This document shows positions 18,839 to 29,996 of a DNA stretch of 64,000 nt, piece after piece (the stretch's first letter is position 1; each line of letters starts with the position of its first letter). The notes below the pieces were generated by a model. It worked only from the letters and a program-made list of their open reading frames with translations, ran no database searches and was not told the origin of the DNA. Position numbers and translations under genes: made by a program. This stretch comes from an uncultured Candidatus Saccharibacteria bacterium (GTDB lineage: Bacteria > Patescibacteriota > Dojkabacteria > J137). Location: NCBI GenBank assembly GCA_964607415.1, contig CAZSKK010000003.1, positions 3,693-67,692 on the forward strand, written 5' to 3'.

Positions 18839-19282
18839 TTATCTAGGAACAGTCCCATCTTCGTTCAAGTCTAAATTTTCATTTTCAAGTATAAATAGAT
18901 CTAAAATTTTAGGATCTTCTTGAAAATCTCTTATTCTTCTTAGCACATTTCCGCTTGGAATAAGTTCTATATTTTCTTTATTAGTAATGCCTTCTTCTGC
19001 TGCAAGCAAAGTATAATTTTCAAAAAAAAGCTCAAGATCATCGTTAGAATTGATTTCATTTAAGTATATTATCGCTTTATCATCCTTTACTTCAATAGTG
19101 TAGTCAATATTTTCTTTAATATAACTTCTATTAATTTCTTCTACATTGCTTTGTCTAAACAGTCCTTCGCCTTTATAAAATAATATATTAATACCCACTA
19201 AAGTTATCACCAGAAGTACTAAAACTATGGTAATAATTCCAAAGTTAGACCTTAAATTTTTGAATCTATTCTTTTTATCCAT
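18839..19282 (-). CDS. Small membrane protein (148 aa). It is tightly coupled downstream of the giant hydrolase gene.
   Basis: The start is placed at MDKKNRF, 8 nt after the stop of the 1979-aa ORF. It has one TM helix (IITIVLVLLVITLVGINILFY). There is no recognisable domain. Confidence 0.5.
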   Translation of the reverse strand: MDKKNRFKNLRSNFGIITIVLVLLVITLVGINILFYKGEGLFRQSNVEEINRSYIKENIDYTIEVKDDKAIIYLNEINSNDDLELFFENYTLLAAEEGITNKENIELIPSGNVLRRIRDFQEDPKILDLFILENENLDLNEDGTVPR

Positions 19283-19289
19283 ATTTTTA

Positions 19290-22200
19290 TTAATTTGAGC
19301 TACAAACATATTTAGAATCAGGTGTTCCGTCAGAAACCCCATCATCATTAGTATCATTTACAATTTTACTATATTCCCTAAATACTAACTGACAGTAATC
19401 TCCAACTTCTCCACCATACTCCCAAATACAATCGCCATATAGAGAATGTCTTCCATAATAAGGTGCAGAAGCTATGTGCAAAGCACTAATCTTATAGTTA
19501 GGATTGAACAATCTTTCTCGTAGATTAATAATTGACTGCGTACCCGGATATTCATCCAACAAATCTTCCAATTGTTCGATAGTAATATCATAAAATCCAT
19601 TTTCGCCAGTCGCATCGTAAACTCTTTGCGTCCACTGTTCTTCAGTAAATACTTCCCCCTTTGGAATACCCAAATAATTTCTGCCATCTCTAGCAAGTTT
19701 AGTTCCACCTGCACACAAAGCGACTCCCAAAATTACTGCATCATCATGACTTAGGTCTTCCACAGTATTAAATGGTAACCCTAGTCCTTTAACACAGTAT
19801 AGAATTAAGTCGGCATCTGTTCTCATAATTCCGTCCCAACCTATTTGAGTAAATTGCATTGGACCTCTAGTTCCATATCCATTATCAGTCACATAGCTAA
19901 CATATGTCGGATCACCAGGTCTTTTATCTGCTTCTCCACGACTTTCTACATCTAAAATAGCTCGAATAACGTTACCAGTGATTCCAGGATAGTCTCTGCC
20001 TATTAAATCAGCAACTTCATCCAAAAGACATTGAATACTTGAAAAATTTTTATCCCCATCAACAATTGGATTACCATTTTCGTCGTATTTACATTCAGAA
20101 TTCAATTTAGCAGAAATAGTACTTGTCTGGGTTGTATCTTGGCTTGTCTTTTTACCATCAGTTACTGTTGTCCATTCAGGAGCTTCGCAAGCCTTGTCAT
20201 AACGACATGAATTAGTACTTCCACAGCCCAAAACATCTCCATACAAAACATACGGATTAATCTTTTGTCCATTGTAGGATGCATTAGTATGCAAGTGGGT
20301 TCCTTGGATACAAGGTGTCCACAAACCGTTAGGAACCTCATAAAGCCTAATAGTGTTTCCGTTAGCAGTCATAAATTTACCAGGCTTATCATAAGTAGTA
20401 ACATAATCAGACATAATCGAAGATGTTATTCTTAAGTGTAAAAATACATACTTAACACCACTCTTGCCTTGATAAATTATGTACCCTCCATTTGATCTCA
20501 TACCTAAGAGCTCTTCATCACTCATATTATCAATGATCTCAACTAAAGCAGCTCCATTAGATAGCTTTGAATTTAATTCCTTTAGTTGGCCCCTTATTGT
20601 TTCCGGTTTTGTACCAAGATTAGGACAAAAGTTGTTTTGACCTGCAACAATTTGTACAATTTCGCCAGCTTCAGGAGCATATAGATCACTATTGCCTCTT
20701 ACAGCACCTTTTGTATAAAGATCAAACGATAGTGAAGGCCTTGGATCTTGAGTTGTACTACAATAGTGTGTAAATCCACCTAAAGGCCCTTGATAACAAG
20801 CATCATTTTGGAGAGGACATGATGTTGCTCCAAAATCTAGCTTAGTTACATCACCATTAATTTGTTCTTCTGGTGGAACTTTGCATGAGTTGTCGCACAA
20901 TCCTTCTATTGTATAACCTTTACTGCATAAAAATTCACCCAGTTCATCTTTAAATCTATTATCCGACATATCTGTAATGCACGTTAACTCATCGTCAGGC
21001 TTTATCAAAGCTTCCGGGTTTAAAGCAAGGTCTGCCGAACTTGAAGCACCAACATTTCCTTGTGCCCCCAAAACAACATCACTTCTAACAAAACAACTAT
21101 TCCCAAAATTATCAAAGTCTTGATATCCCAAACCAGTTGCACCTTGCATATCGCAGCCTAAAGCTTTTGTAAATGATGCTATATTATTTTTATATTGACC
21201 TTCTTCGACTTCCATGTGCAAGTGAGGACCTTGTATTCCAATACATCCACCTTGGTTAGGATCTGTAACATCTAGATCTGAAAGCTTTGAAACTCTGGTA
21301 ATCTTTTGACCTGCTTTATAGGTATTGCCCTCCTGAACACTGTCATCAACCAGAACATGTAAGAACATCAGTTTTACTGTCTTACCATCAATCTTGCCTT
21401 GATAAAATATTCTTCCTCCAGCTTTTGTTCCATTATTACAATAGTTAAACTCATCTGCATTTTGAACTTCTACAATCTCACCATCAAAAGGAGCGATAAC
21501 GTTTTGATCTCCGCCATTGTAATTTGTATTAAATAAATCTACTGCATTTAATCCTTCATGCGATTCAACTCCAGGCCCTTTACCACAAAGTCCTGCTTCT
21601 ACAGGACAATAATACTGTGTGCTTGGTTGGTTTGACGAATCGGTGGTAGAATTTTGTACAGGATTTTCGTCAAATTTCCATTGCTCAACCTGATCACAAG
21701 TTACCACAGGAAAGCTTGTAGTAACACTTGCAAGCCCTGTTTCCAATACCTTTCTTCTTGTATTATTTGCTGCATTATTTTTACCATAGTTTGGATTATC
21801 AGTAAGTTTTTCTGCGCTAAAGGTAGAATCTTTTGTATAAGCAACGCTCATTTCTTGTAGTACATCTAGATATCCCAGCCAATCATAATATTGATATTCT
21901 GTTCTAGTTGGATTGGTTTTTGCTAGTAAAAACTCGTTGTTATAGATGTTGCTTGGAAGTTCGCAGGAATCTAAGTCTTGTGCATATTGATTTGGAATTA
22001 CATCTGGCAAGCCTCTATCATTTGATTCGGACAATGGCCTATTTGCATCTCGAACTTTTGAAGTTACCTCTGTTTTCCATGCAAGGTTTTCCCTAAAAAC
22101 CATCTTTAAACCTCTTTCACTCATTTGTGTTTGAAGCCTTTGGTACATTCTATACAAAGAATCATAGACTCCCGGAATATCATAATTTGGATTATTAGGC

Positions 22201-25200
22201 CACTTATCAGTTTTAATATAAATTTCATCTCCTCCTTGTTGGTTATATTTTAAACACTCTGCATATTCTGCTGGGATTGAACATTCACCCTTTTTAATTT
22301 TATCTAAAGTACAAAAACTAAAAGTTGATAAGTAACTTATATTAGGGCAGTAGAAAGAAATTCCATTAGCAATAATCGATTTATTTTCTATCTGGCAATC
22401 TAGCGCTGCTGCCTGATATTGTTCAGAATTAACTCCTCCAAGCTGACCTGGATAATCAACGCCAGCTAATACATCTTTTTCATTTTTCCTGTTTGCATAT
22501 TTTCTACAAACTTCGCCACCTGTTCCCGACCAAACTTGAGTTTTGTCCTGTACTTGAACTTCTGGCCCAATAATATAGTTTGATCTATTTTCAAGATAAA
22601 TAGTATCTTCACCACAAGTAGTTTTTCTATATTTAGAAGGAGTATTTTGTGGTAAATAATCTCTAAGCCCATCGATGATATCTGAAGCAACACCTTTATC
22701 CAAGCAAAAACCCAATGAGTCTATGCACAAAGCTTTTTCATCTTGCACAGTTTTACTAACATCATTCCAGGGTAAAGGATATATTGAACTACCTCCTTTT
22801 TGAGAAAAATTCTCTTCCCAGAAAGTTGTACCAAAAGGGTTGTCTTTAGAATTTAGTTCTTTAATTGTTTCCAATGTACTACTTCCTGGATTTAGGCTTG
22901 CCTTATCAGGAAGCCTTGCAAATTCCTGTGATGCTAGTATTAATTCTGCAGAACAGTTAATTGCTGATCCCAACCAAGGCATAGGATATGCTTTAGAAAG
23001 ATCTATGCTTGCTAATTGAGAGTCTATGTTATTAAAGTTGACTATACTTGCAGTGCCGCTAGAAATCAATGAATACAGACCTTCGTTTATTGGCTTATAG
23101 TTATCAATATGTACACCGTCGGAATATAAAAATGAATCTTTGTTTGATGCATTGTAGCTTACATTCAAATATTTAATAGAACTGCCGTTATCTAAGCTTT
23201 TCAAAAACTCATTAAAAGAATTGACTTTACTGTCAGAACAAAGTCCATCAGATCTCAATGGGATTGGAACAAAAATTATACTTTGGTTCTCAAGATTAGA
23301 AATTATATTATTGATATCTAACTTGAATCCTTCCAAATCAAAAGAGGGGCAGTCATTGGTACCTAACCAAATTACTACTGTTGTATTTGATGCAAGATCG
23401 GAAGGAATCGGATAACTGGCATCTGCAAAACCTCTTGCACTTGATCCAGCAATGGCAGCACTTCTGTTTACAGTTGTAAACCACTCTTGCGGTAGAAAAT
23501 CACCTCGTTCTGGACCAGGGGCCCCTTGGCTATCACTTATTACTGCTATAGGATTTGATAAGGCGGTTTTACCTGTATACAAGTTATCGATTCTAGAACT
23601 AGTAGTTACGCCTGTTGTTAGAATTCCAGCAAATTGATTTAATGCATCCACTTCTGAGTTCGCATAATACGATGCAACTTCTGCGCAAATTGGTGTAAAA
23701 GGCAAGGCTGATGTCCCTGCAGAACTATTACTTCCAAACTGTTTTATAGGTAGAGCAACTTCTACTGTTCCAATCATTTGCGTTGTGCAGTTATTATTTT
23801 CACACTTAACCTTTAATGCCGCTCCATTATCAATATTAAAAGTTCTGCTCTCCAGCTCTTCCCCACATGCACTTGCAGTTGAGCTTGTTGAATATTCCTT
23901 AGGATAAATACATGAGTCAAAATTACAATTTGCCCATGAAAAATCTTTAAATCCTGGCTTTTTCTGTACAGGACAATCACCAATTATTAGAGCATGCTCA
24001 CTTGGAGTCATTCCGTGCCTATCTTTCCAAACCAATTCATCATTTAAAGCTACACTCCCATTTTCGTTCAAAAACGATCTGAAAAATAATACACCTTCAA
24101 CATTGCCATCCTGACAGAATTTTGCAAAACTTTGAGTTTGTTCTTCAAGTGCTGCTTGTCTTCTTCCTTGATAGTTTTCAAAAAATGCACCAAACTCTGA
24201 AATAATAACAGGAATATCTTTTCCGTCAGCGTATTCTTTTAAAGTGTTTTCACCGTTTGTTTCAGCTCCGTTTACATAAAAATCATACGCACTAACACCC
24301 ACAGAAAGTTCATATGTGTTTCCTAGAAGGTAATCGTAGTATTCAGGATTAAAAATCCTACCACTATACAAATACTCCTTAACATCATTGTTAACAGCAT
24401 TCGTTAAGTTAAAAATTGCAGGAGCTAACAGCATATGCCCTGCATTAATTCCACTTGGACGTAGTCCCTGAAGTGCTTTGGCAACTTGATCGGTTTCATT
24501 CAAAAGAGCATCATAATTTAATCCTCCCACAAAGCCATTCATCTCAAGAGCTGGCTCTCCAGAGCCAGGTTCGTTTGGTCCAATTACCCCTAAAAAATAC
24601 TCATCCGGAGATGTCAATGAATGTACTTTTGTATAAAAATCAATAATTTGGTTTTGATCTTGAAAACTACAAAAACCAGCAGCACAAAGTCTTATTATTG
24701 GAAGCATTCCTAAAGCATTTGTTTGTTTAATAAACTGTGCAGCTGCTTCCTGAGAAGTTGGAGAGTTAGCTGTGACCATTCCTAGGTTATAACTCATTCC
24801 TAAATCAGAAGCATATTTCAAAATCTTTTCATTAAGCTCTGAATCGTATCCACCATCTAATACAATTGCCGTATTTGCACCTCCCATATTTCCTTCTAGC
24901 GATGGAAGTGCTAGTCTACTTAATTGTGAAGCAGTTTTAATTTCTGCTTTATTAGGGTCTATGATTTGACATCTATCATTTGATTCTAAAAGATTTCCTC
25001 CTCCGTCTAGTTGTTTTGCGAGTTTGCCAGTATTCAAACCAAAACCAGTAACTTGTGCCAGTACATCGCTAATAACTCCAAACGGTCTTACTCCTTTCCA
25101 GGTTGAAATATCGTTAATAAGTCCTATTGTTGCAAATATGAAAACGAAGCCGAGAAGGACTACAATTGCCGTTGGTGGACGAGAATTTGAATGATTGTTG

Positions 25201-25229
25201 TTTTTTGCGTTGGAAAGATTGTGATTCAA
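19290..25229 (-). CDS. Giant multidomain cell-wall hydrolase (1979 aa). It has an N-terminal TM anchor, a GH clan-A TIM-barrel glycosidase-like domain, an SGNH/GDSL esterase-like domain, two M23 metallopeptidase domains and a C-terminal lysozyme-like/SLT domain.
   Basis: The TM is IVVLLGFVFIFATIGLI. The GH-A acid/base and nucleophile motifs are VIGPNEPGSG and VIISEFGAF. The SGNH blocks are VIWLGTNDC and SDGVHIDN. The two M23 motif sets are CIGIQGPHLHMEVEEGQY and CIQGTHLHTNASYNGQKINPY. The SLT-like motif is ILDVESRGE...GTRGPMQFTQ. Confidence 0.75.
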   Translation of the reverse strand: MNHNLSNAKNNNHSNSRPPTAIVVLLGFVFIFATIGLINDISTWKGVRPFGVISDVLAQVTGFGLNTGKLAKQLDGGGNLLESNDRCQIIDPNKAEIKTASQLSRLALPSLEGNMGGANTAIVLDGGYDSELNEKILKYASDLGMSYNLGMVTANSPTSQEAAAQFIKQTNALGMLPIIRLCAAGFCSFQDQNQIIDFYTKVHSLTSPDEYFLGVIGPNEPGSGEPALEMNGFVGGLNYDALLNETDQVAKALQGLRPSGINAGHMLLAPAIFNLTNAVNNDVKEYLYSGRIFNPEYYDYLLGNTYELSVGVSAYDFYVNGAETNGENTLKEYADGKDIPVIISEFGAFFENYQGRRQAALEEQTQSFAKFCQDGNVEGVLFFRSFLNENGSVALNDELVWKDRHGMTPSEHALIIGDCPVQKKPGFKDFSWANCNFDSCIYPKEYSTSSTASACGEELESRTFNIDNGAALKVKCENNNCTTQMIGTVEVALPIKQFGSNSSAGTSALPFTPICAEVASYYANSEVDALNQFAGILTTGVTTSSRIDNLYTGKTALSNPIAVISDSQGAPGPERGDFLPQEWFTTVNRSAAIAGSSARGFADASYPIPSDLASNTTVVIWLGTNDCPSFDLEGFKLDINNIISNLENQSIIFVPIPLRSDGLCSDSKVNSFNEFLKSLDNGSSIKYLNVSYNASNKDSFLYSDGVHIDNYKPINEGLYSLISSGTASIVNFNNIDSQLASIDLSKAYPMPWLGSAINCSAELILASQEFARLPDKASLNPGSSTLETIKELNSKDNPFGTTFWEENFSQKGGSSIYPLPWNDVSKTVQDEKALCIDSLGFCLDKGVASDIIDGLRDYLPQNTPSKYRKTTCGEDTIYLENRSNYIIGPEVQVQDKTQVWSGTGGEVCRKYANRKNEKDVLAGVDYPGQLGGVNSEQYQAAALDCQIENKSIIANGISFYCPNISYLSTFSFCTLDKIKKGECSIPAEYAECLKYNQQGGDEIYIKTDKWPNNPNYDIPGVYDSLYRMYQRLQTQMSERGLKMVFRENLAWKTEVTSKVRDANRPLSESNDRGLPDVIPNQYAQDLDSCELPSNIYNNEFLLAKTNPTRTEYQYYDWLGYLDVLQEMSVAYTKDSTFSAEKLTDNPNYGKNNAANNTRRKVLETGLASVTTSFPVVTCDQVEQWKFDENPVQNSTTDSSNQPSTQYYCPVEAGLCGKGPGVESHEGLNAVDLFNTNYNGGDQNVIAPFDGEIVEVQNADEFNYCNNGTKAGGRIFYQGKIDGKTVKLMFLHVLVDDSVQEGNTYKAGQKITRVSKLSDLDVTDPNQGGCIGIQGPHLHMEVEEGQYKNNIASFTKALGCDMQGATGLGYQDFDNFGNSCFVRSDVVLGAQGNVGASSSADLALNPEALIKPDDELTCITDMSDNRFKDELGEFLCSKGYTIEGLCDNSCKVPPEEQINGDVTKLDFGATSCPLQNDACYQGPLGGFTHYCSTTQDPRPSLSFDLYTKGAVRGNSDLYAPEAGEIVQIVAGQNNFCPNLGTKPETIRGQLKELNSKLSNGAALVEIIDNMSDEELLGMRSNGGYIIYQGKSGVKYVFLHLRITSSIMSDYVTTYDKPGKFMTANGNTIRLYEVPNGLWTPCIQGTHLHTNASYNGQKINPYVLYGDVLGCGSTNSCRYDKACEAPEWTTVTDGKKTSQDTTQTSTISAKLNSECKYDENGNPIVDGDKNFSSIQCLLDEVADLIGRDYPGITGNVIRAILDVESRGEADKRPGDPTYVSYVTDNGYGTRGPMQFTQIGWDGIMRTDADLILYCVKGLGLPFNTVEDLSHDDAVILGVALCAGGTKLARDGRNYLGIPKGEVFTEEQWTQRVYDATGENGFYDITIEQLEDLLDEYPGTQSIINLRERLFNPNYKISALHIASAPYYGRHSLYGDCIWEYGGEVGDYCQLVFREYSKIVNDTNDDGVSDGTPDSKYVCSSN

Positions 25230-25839
25230 AGTGATTTTTATGTTAATTTGTTAATTAGTATAATGCTAATTGGTATAACGAATTAGCTAATTAACTGTCC
25301 ACTAATTAACGCTAATAAAGTTTTTAAAACTAATTTGTTCATTCTATGTGGTCGATAGTTGCTAGTGATAAGCAGTAAACTAGAATTTTCTTCAAAACTT
25401 ATGACGTCATTCCTGCGAAAGCAGGAATCTTCTTTATAACGGCATTGCTAGATTCCAGATCAATTACTGGAATGACTATTTCAGCTCATTTGCTCTATTG
25501 CTCTAAACCTCTACCGCTTTCTTTATTCTAAACCAGATCAATTTACTACTCAATAAAATTATGACTTTAGCACCAAAAAAACTTAGCAATCTGCCCGTGA
25601 GTCTGCTAAAATATAAACAATCAAAACTTAAAATATTGATACAATATAGTTGTGAAAACCATGTGAATGTGAGAATGTGCAAATATGAAAATAATGAATA
25701 GTTAATAGAGGTTTGGGTGTTGATGAGTTTGCGAGTTTAGGCTATTCGCTATATTCTATAAGCTATAATAAACTACTAACCATCGACTATTGACCAAAGC
25801 AAAATTATTACTTCAAACTAATAACTTAAAACTTTTTAT

Positions 25840-28314
25840 ATGAACATATCAGACCTTTTTTCAAACCGAACTCAAGAAGCGCTTCAAAGAGCAATCGGAG
25901 CTGCTATGGATAAAAAGCAAAGAGCTGCGGATACAGAACATATTCTGTATGGTCTTTGTGATGATGAAGTTGTAATGAACAGAGTTTTTAAAGAACTTGG
26001 TGTAAACATTAAAGAGCTAAAAACTACTCTTGATAAACAAATGAGCGAAGGTAACTTTGCTGGTGGGCAACCAGGCTTAACTCCCAGAGCTACTCAAGTT
26101 GTTCAGCTTGCATATCAAGAATCTTTGAATTTGAAACACAATTATATTGGCACAGAACATCTTTTCTTAGGACTAATTCTAGAAAGTGAAGGACTAGCAG
26201 CACAGATTTTAGAAAAATATGCAATCACGCATATCAAAGCAAGACAAGCAGTTGTAAAAGTTGTAGGAGAAGGAGATAAAGAAGGAAAAAAAGTTGGAGA
26301 AGAATCCGAAACACCAACTTTGGATCAATTTACAAAAGATTTAACTGAACTAGCACGTCAAGACAAAATCGATCCGGTTGTTGGCCGAGAAAAAGAAATT
26401 GAGCGAGTAATAGAAATTCTATCCCGTAGAAAAAAGAATAACCCAGTTTTAATAGGTGAGCCTGGTGTTGGGAAAACCGCAATTGCCGAAGGTCTTGCGC
26501 ATAGAATTATCAATGGTCAAATTCCAGAAGTTTTAAGAGACAAAAAAGTTAAAGCCCTTGATTTAAGTGCGTTAGTTGCGGGTTCAAAATTTAGAGGAGA
26601 ATTTGAAGAAAGAGCTAAAAAATTAATTGAAGAACTTAACAAAGTAGATAGGCAAATCATTTTATTTATTGACGAACTTCATACAATTGTGGGAAGTGGC
26701 GCTCAACAAGGCGAGCTTGATTTTTCAAATATGATTAAACCTGCCCTTGCACGTGGGGAACTTCAAGTAATTGGAGCTACAACGCTAAGCGAGTATCAAA
26801 AATACATAGAAAAAGACGCAGCACTTGAACGTAGATTTCAACCAGTTATTGTGGAAGAACCATCAGTTGAAAATACAGTCAAAATTCTAAAAGGAATTAA
26901 GGAACGATACGAAGCTCATCATAAGCTTAAAATTTCAGACGGTGCGTTAGATGCTGCAGCTCAGCTTTCGCATAGATATATTAAAAATAGATTTCTACCA
27001 GACAAAGCAATTGATGTGATTGACGAAGCTGCAAGTAGGGTAAGATTAAATTTCACAAGTGAGCCTGTTGAAATCAGAAACTTAAAAAATGAAATTTCTA
27101 AACTTGAAACTGAAAGAGAATCATTAACCAGAGGAGGCCAACACAAAGAAGCTGCTGAAATCAAAGTAAGAATTGAACAACTAAAAGAAGAATTACAACC
27201 GTTAGACTCTGAATGGGCTAAAAAAAGAGGTACAGGTACACCAGAAGTTAAAGTTTCTGATGTTAATGATGTAATTTCAAGAATGACTGGAGTTCCAATT
27301 ACTGAGCTAAATCTTGAAGAAAAAACAAGGCTAATAAACCTGGAACAAGAGTTACATAGTAGAGTAATAGGGCAGAGTGAAGCAGTTCATTTGGTAGCAC
27401 AAGCAATTAGAAGATCAAGAACTGGATTAAAAGATCCCAATAGACCTATTGCCTCATTTTTATTTTTAGGACCAACAGGAGTTGGAAAAACAGAGCTTGC
27501 AAAAGCACTTTCAGAAGTTATGTTTGGGTCCGAGGATGCAATGATTCGAATTGACATGAGTGAGTATATGGAAAAGTTTGCTGTTACTAGATTAATCGGC
27601 TCCCCTCCAGGATACGTTGGCTACGAAGAAGGGGGTCAACTAACCGAAAAAGTAAGACGCAAACCTTATAGCGTGATTCTTTTGGATGAACTTGAAAAGG
27701 CTCATCCGGATGTATTCAACATTCTTTTACAAGTACTGGATGATGGAAAACTAACGGACGGCAAAGGTCGAACTGTTGATTTTAAGAATACAATAATTAT
27801 TGCAACCAGCAACATTGGTTCAGATTTAATCCTTTCATCATTAGGTGCACAGCAAGTTGGGAAAATGCTTGATATGATTAGACCCAAAGAAGCTGATACA
27901 GGAATTATTAAAATGAAAGAGGCAAAAGAGCTAATTCCTAACTGGGAAGAAATAAAAACACAAGTTTTTAGTATGCTTAGAAATCATTTTAGGCCTGAAT
28001 TTATAAATAGACTTGACGAAATCATAATGTTTAAAGCACTTACCTTTTCAGAAGTTGAAAGAATTGTAAGGCTTGTTCTGGAAAAAACTAAAAAACTTTT
28101 ACAAGATCAAGAAATTGAAGTTGAGTTTGAAAATTCTGCTGTGGCCGAAATTGCAAGAAAAAGTTACAATCCACAATTTGGAGCAAGGCCTGTAAGGCGT
28201 GAAGTACAAAGGCAAATTGACAATCTTATTTCAGAAAAGATTTTAACAAACGAAATTAAAGCTGGAGATAAGATTAAGATAAGATTTACGAAAGGTAAAT
28301 TCGAAGTTATTTAA
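25840..28314 (+). CDS. clpC: ATP-dependent Clp protease ATP-binding subunit ClpC (two AAA+ modules with Clp_N repeats)
   Basis: Clp_N repeats are present. The Walker A motifs are GEPGVGKT and GPTGVGKT. A short middle coiled coil and the length of 824 aa favour ClpC over ClpB. Confidence 0.85.
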   Translation: MNISDLFSNRTQEALQRAIGAAMDKKQRAADTEHILYGLCDDEVVMNRVFKELGVNIKELKTTLDKQMSEGNFAGGQPGLTPRATQVVQLAYQESLNLKHNYIGTEHLFLGLILESEGLAAQILEKYAITHIKARQAVVKVVGEGDKEGKKVGEESETPTLDQFTKDLTELARQDKIDPVVGREKEIERVIEILSRRKKNNPVLIGEPGVGKTAIAEGLAHRIINGQIPEVLRDKKVKALDLSALVAGSKFRGEFEERAKKLIEELNKVDRQIILFIDELHTIVGSGAQQGELDFSNMIKPALARGELQVIGATTLSEYQKYIEKDAALERRFQPVIVEEPSVENTVKILKGIKERYEAHHKLKISDGALDAAAQLSHRYIKNRFLPDKAIDVIDEAASRVRLNFTSEPVEIRNLKNEISKLETERESLTRGGQHKEAAEIKVRIEQLKEELQPLDSEWAKKRGTGTPEVKVSDVNDVISRMTGVPITELNLEEKTRLINLEQELHSRVIGQSEAVHLVAQAIRRSRTGLKDPNRPIASFLFLGPTGVGKTELAKALSEVMFGSEDAMIRIDMSEYMEKFAVTRLIGSPPGYVGYEEGGQLTEKVRRKPYSVILLDELEKAHPDVFNILLQVLDDGKLTDGKGRTVDFKNTIIIATSNIGSDLILSSLGAQQVGKMLDMIRPKEADTGIIKMKEAKELIPNWEEIKTQVFSMLRNHFRPEFINRLDEIIMFKALTFSEVERIVRLVLEKTKKLLQDQEIEVEFENSAVAEIARKSYNPQFGARPVRREVQRQIDNLISEKILTNEIKAGDKIKIRFTKGKFEVI

Positions 28315-28334
28315 TTTTTAATAATGATGATTCT

Positions 28335-28356
28335 GAAGCCGCGACGTCGCGGCTTC
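28335..28356. terminator. GC-rich hairpin between convergent clpC and rmuC (GAAGCCGCGACGTCGCGGCTTC)
   Basis: It has a perfect 11-bp stem. It is flanked by TGATGA and TCATCA and by T-rich sequence. The stem sequence is shared with the hairpin at 44975-45002. Confidence 0.55.
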
Positions 28357-28367
28357 ATCATTTCATT

Positions 28368-29510
28368 TTATTCCTCCAAATGCGTTGGCTTTTCCACTTC
28401 TTCCGCTGTAATCACCAAGGATTCCCCATTTATATTTAAAATATCTTTATCAACCTTCTTAAGTTCTTTAAACGCAGTATTATAGGAATTTACAGTTGTT
28501 CCAAGGTTTCTTCCAATCTTATTAAAATTTTCTTCATACGCTTGCAGATGTTGCTTAAGCTTTGTTACATTTTCCAAAATACTTTTTGCTGATTCTTCAA
28601 TTTGCAATGCTCTTAATCCTTGAAGCACTGTCTGTAGATAAGCCAAAAAAGAAGTAGGAGATACAATAATTACATTTTTCTCTGCAAAAGCATATTGAAT
28701 AAGATCCCTTGTATTAACTTTTACAGCCCCTACCTGATTGATAAGTAGATCATAATAAATTCCTTCAGATGGAATAAACATAAAAGCAAAATCCATGGTT
28801 CCTTCAGTTGGCCTTATGTACTTTGAAGTTTCTTCAATCCTATTTTTCAGATCAATTTTAAATTGTTTTTCTAATTTTTCACGATTTGCAGGATCTTTTT
28901 CTTCAAGAATTTTATTGTAATTTTCCAATGAAAATTTTGAGTCAACAGGAATAATTTTATCTTTCACAAATACTGCAGCGTCAACAATTTCACCATCTTT
29001 AAATTTATATTGCATTTGATAAGATTTTGGTGGCAAAACGTTTTTAAGAACAGTTTCCAAAAAGTACTCTCCCAAAATTCCTCTTTGTTTTGGATTTTTT
29101 AGGATATTCTCTAGGCTTTGAAGCTGCTCTGCAAATCCAACAACTTGCTTGTTTGTATCCTCAACTTTTGTTAGTTTTTCAGTAACTTCTTTAAGAATTT
29201 GGGAAGTAAGTTTATTGGTTTCCTCTTTGTCTTTTTGGGAAAGCGAAAACTGACTTTGCAGAGATTTTTGATTTTCGTTTAATTGCTTGGTAAGAATTTC
29301 ATTTTGTTGTCTAAGTAATTGATCAAGTTCCTGTCTGGTTTTATCAATTTTATTTTCTTGCTGCTGTGAAAGTAGTGCTAATTGTTCTTTTAAAGATTTA
29401 ATTTCGCCGTTATCTTCTCTTGGCTTAGAAAGCTTTGTAACTAAGTAGGCAACGGTTCCAAGAACCATTATTAACAAGATTGAAATTATTATTAAAATTG
29501 TGGTTTCCAT
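28368..29510 (-). CDS. rmuC: DNA recombination protein RmuC
   Basis: It has an N-terminal TM helix, a long coiled coil and a C-terminal region with IPVDSKFSLENY and FAFMFIPSEGIYYDL motifs typical of RmuC. Confidence 0.7.
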   Translation of the reverse strand: METTILIIISILLIMVLGTVAYLVTKLSKPREDNGEIKSLKEQLALLSQQQENKIDKTRQELDQLLRQQNEILTKQLNENQKSLQSQFSLSQKDKEETNKLTSQILKEVTEKLTKVEDTNKQVVGFAEQLQSLENILKNPKQRGILGEYFLETVLKNVLPPKSYQMQYKFKDGEIVDAAVFVKDKIIPVDSKFSLENYNKILEEKDPANREKLEKQFKIDLKNRIEETSKYIRPTEGTMDFAFMFIPSEGIYYDLLINQVGAVKVNTRDLIQYAFAEKNVIIVSPTSFLAYLQTVLQGLRALQIEESAKSILENVTKLKQHLQAYEENFNKIGRNLGTTVNSYNTAFKELKKVDKDILNINGESLVITAEEVEKPTHLEE

Positions 29511-29556
29511 AGGATTTTGCTGGCTAATAGTAAATAGCTGATAGCGGATAGATAAA

Positions 29557-29910
29557 TTAGGTTTTCATTTTGCTTATAAATTTTGAAAGCATTTTTAGGA
29601 TCTCTGTTATTTTATCATGTAATTGTGTGTATTGTTCCTGATTTATAAACTCCAAATCTTTAGCAAGTTCAATCAGGCAATCTGTCTCACTAGCCGAACC
29701 CATAGCGATTTGTAAAAAACGATTAAAATCTTTGTCTGAACCTCGACAGCACCCTTCCGCAATGTTTGCTTCAATTGAAATAGTTGCTCGTGTTAGTTGT
29801 GAAGTTAATATGTATTGTTGAGATCTTGGGAATTGCTCAACAACCTTGAATATTTCTTTCGTTAAATCGTGAGATTTATACCAAACTTGTAAATTTCTAA
29901 AATTCTTCAT
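29557..29910 (-). CDS. Four-helix-bundle protein (TIGR02436 family, formerly called the 23S rRNA intervening-sequence protein)
   Basis: The N-terminal signature is FRNLQVWYKSHDLTKEIFKVVEQFPRSQQYILTSQLTRATISIEANIAEG. The length is 117 aa. Confidence 0.8.
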   Translation of the reverse strand: MKNFRNLQVWYKSHDLTKEIFKVVEQFPRSQQYILTSQLTRATISIEANIAEGCCRGSDKDFNRFLQIAMGSASETDCLIELAKDLEFINQEQYTQLHDKITEILKMLSKFISKMKT

Positions 29911-29996
29911 ACTGTTATACTTTCGTTATGTATGTGCTATACGCTATTTGCTATACGCTAATGTTACAAGTATAATATATGCGCACGAATTAAACA

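Noticed and set aside
25230-25839. CtsR operator (GGTCAAA direct repeat) or CIRCE upstream of clpC
   Set aside because: I found no match to either consensus in the 610-bp leader.
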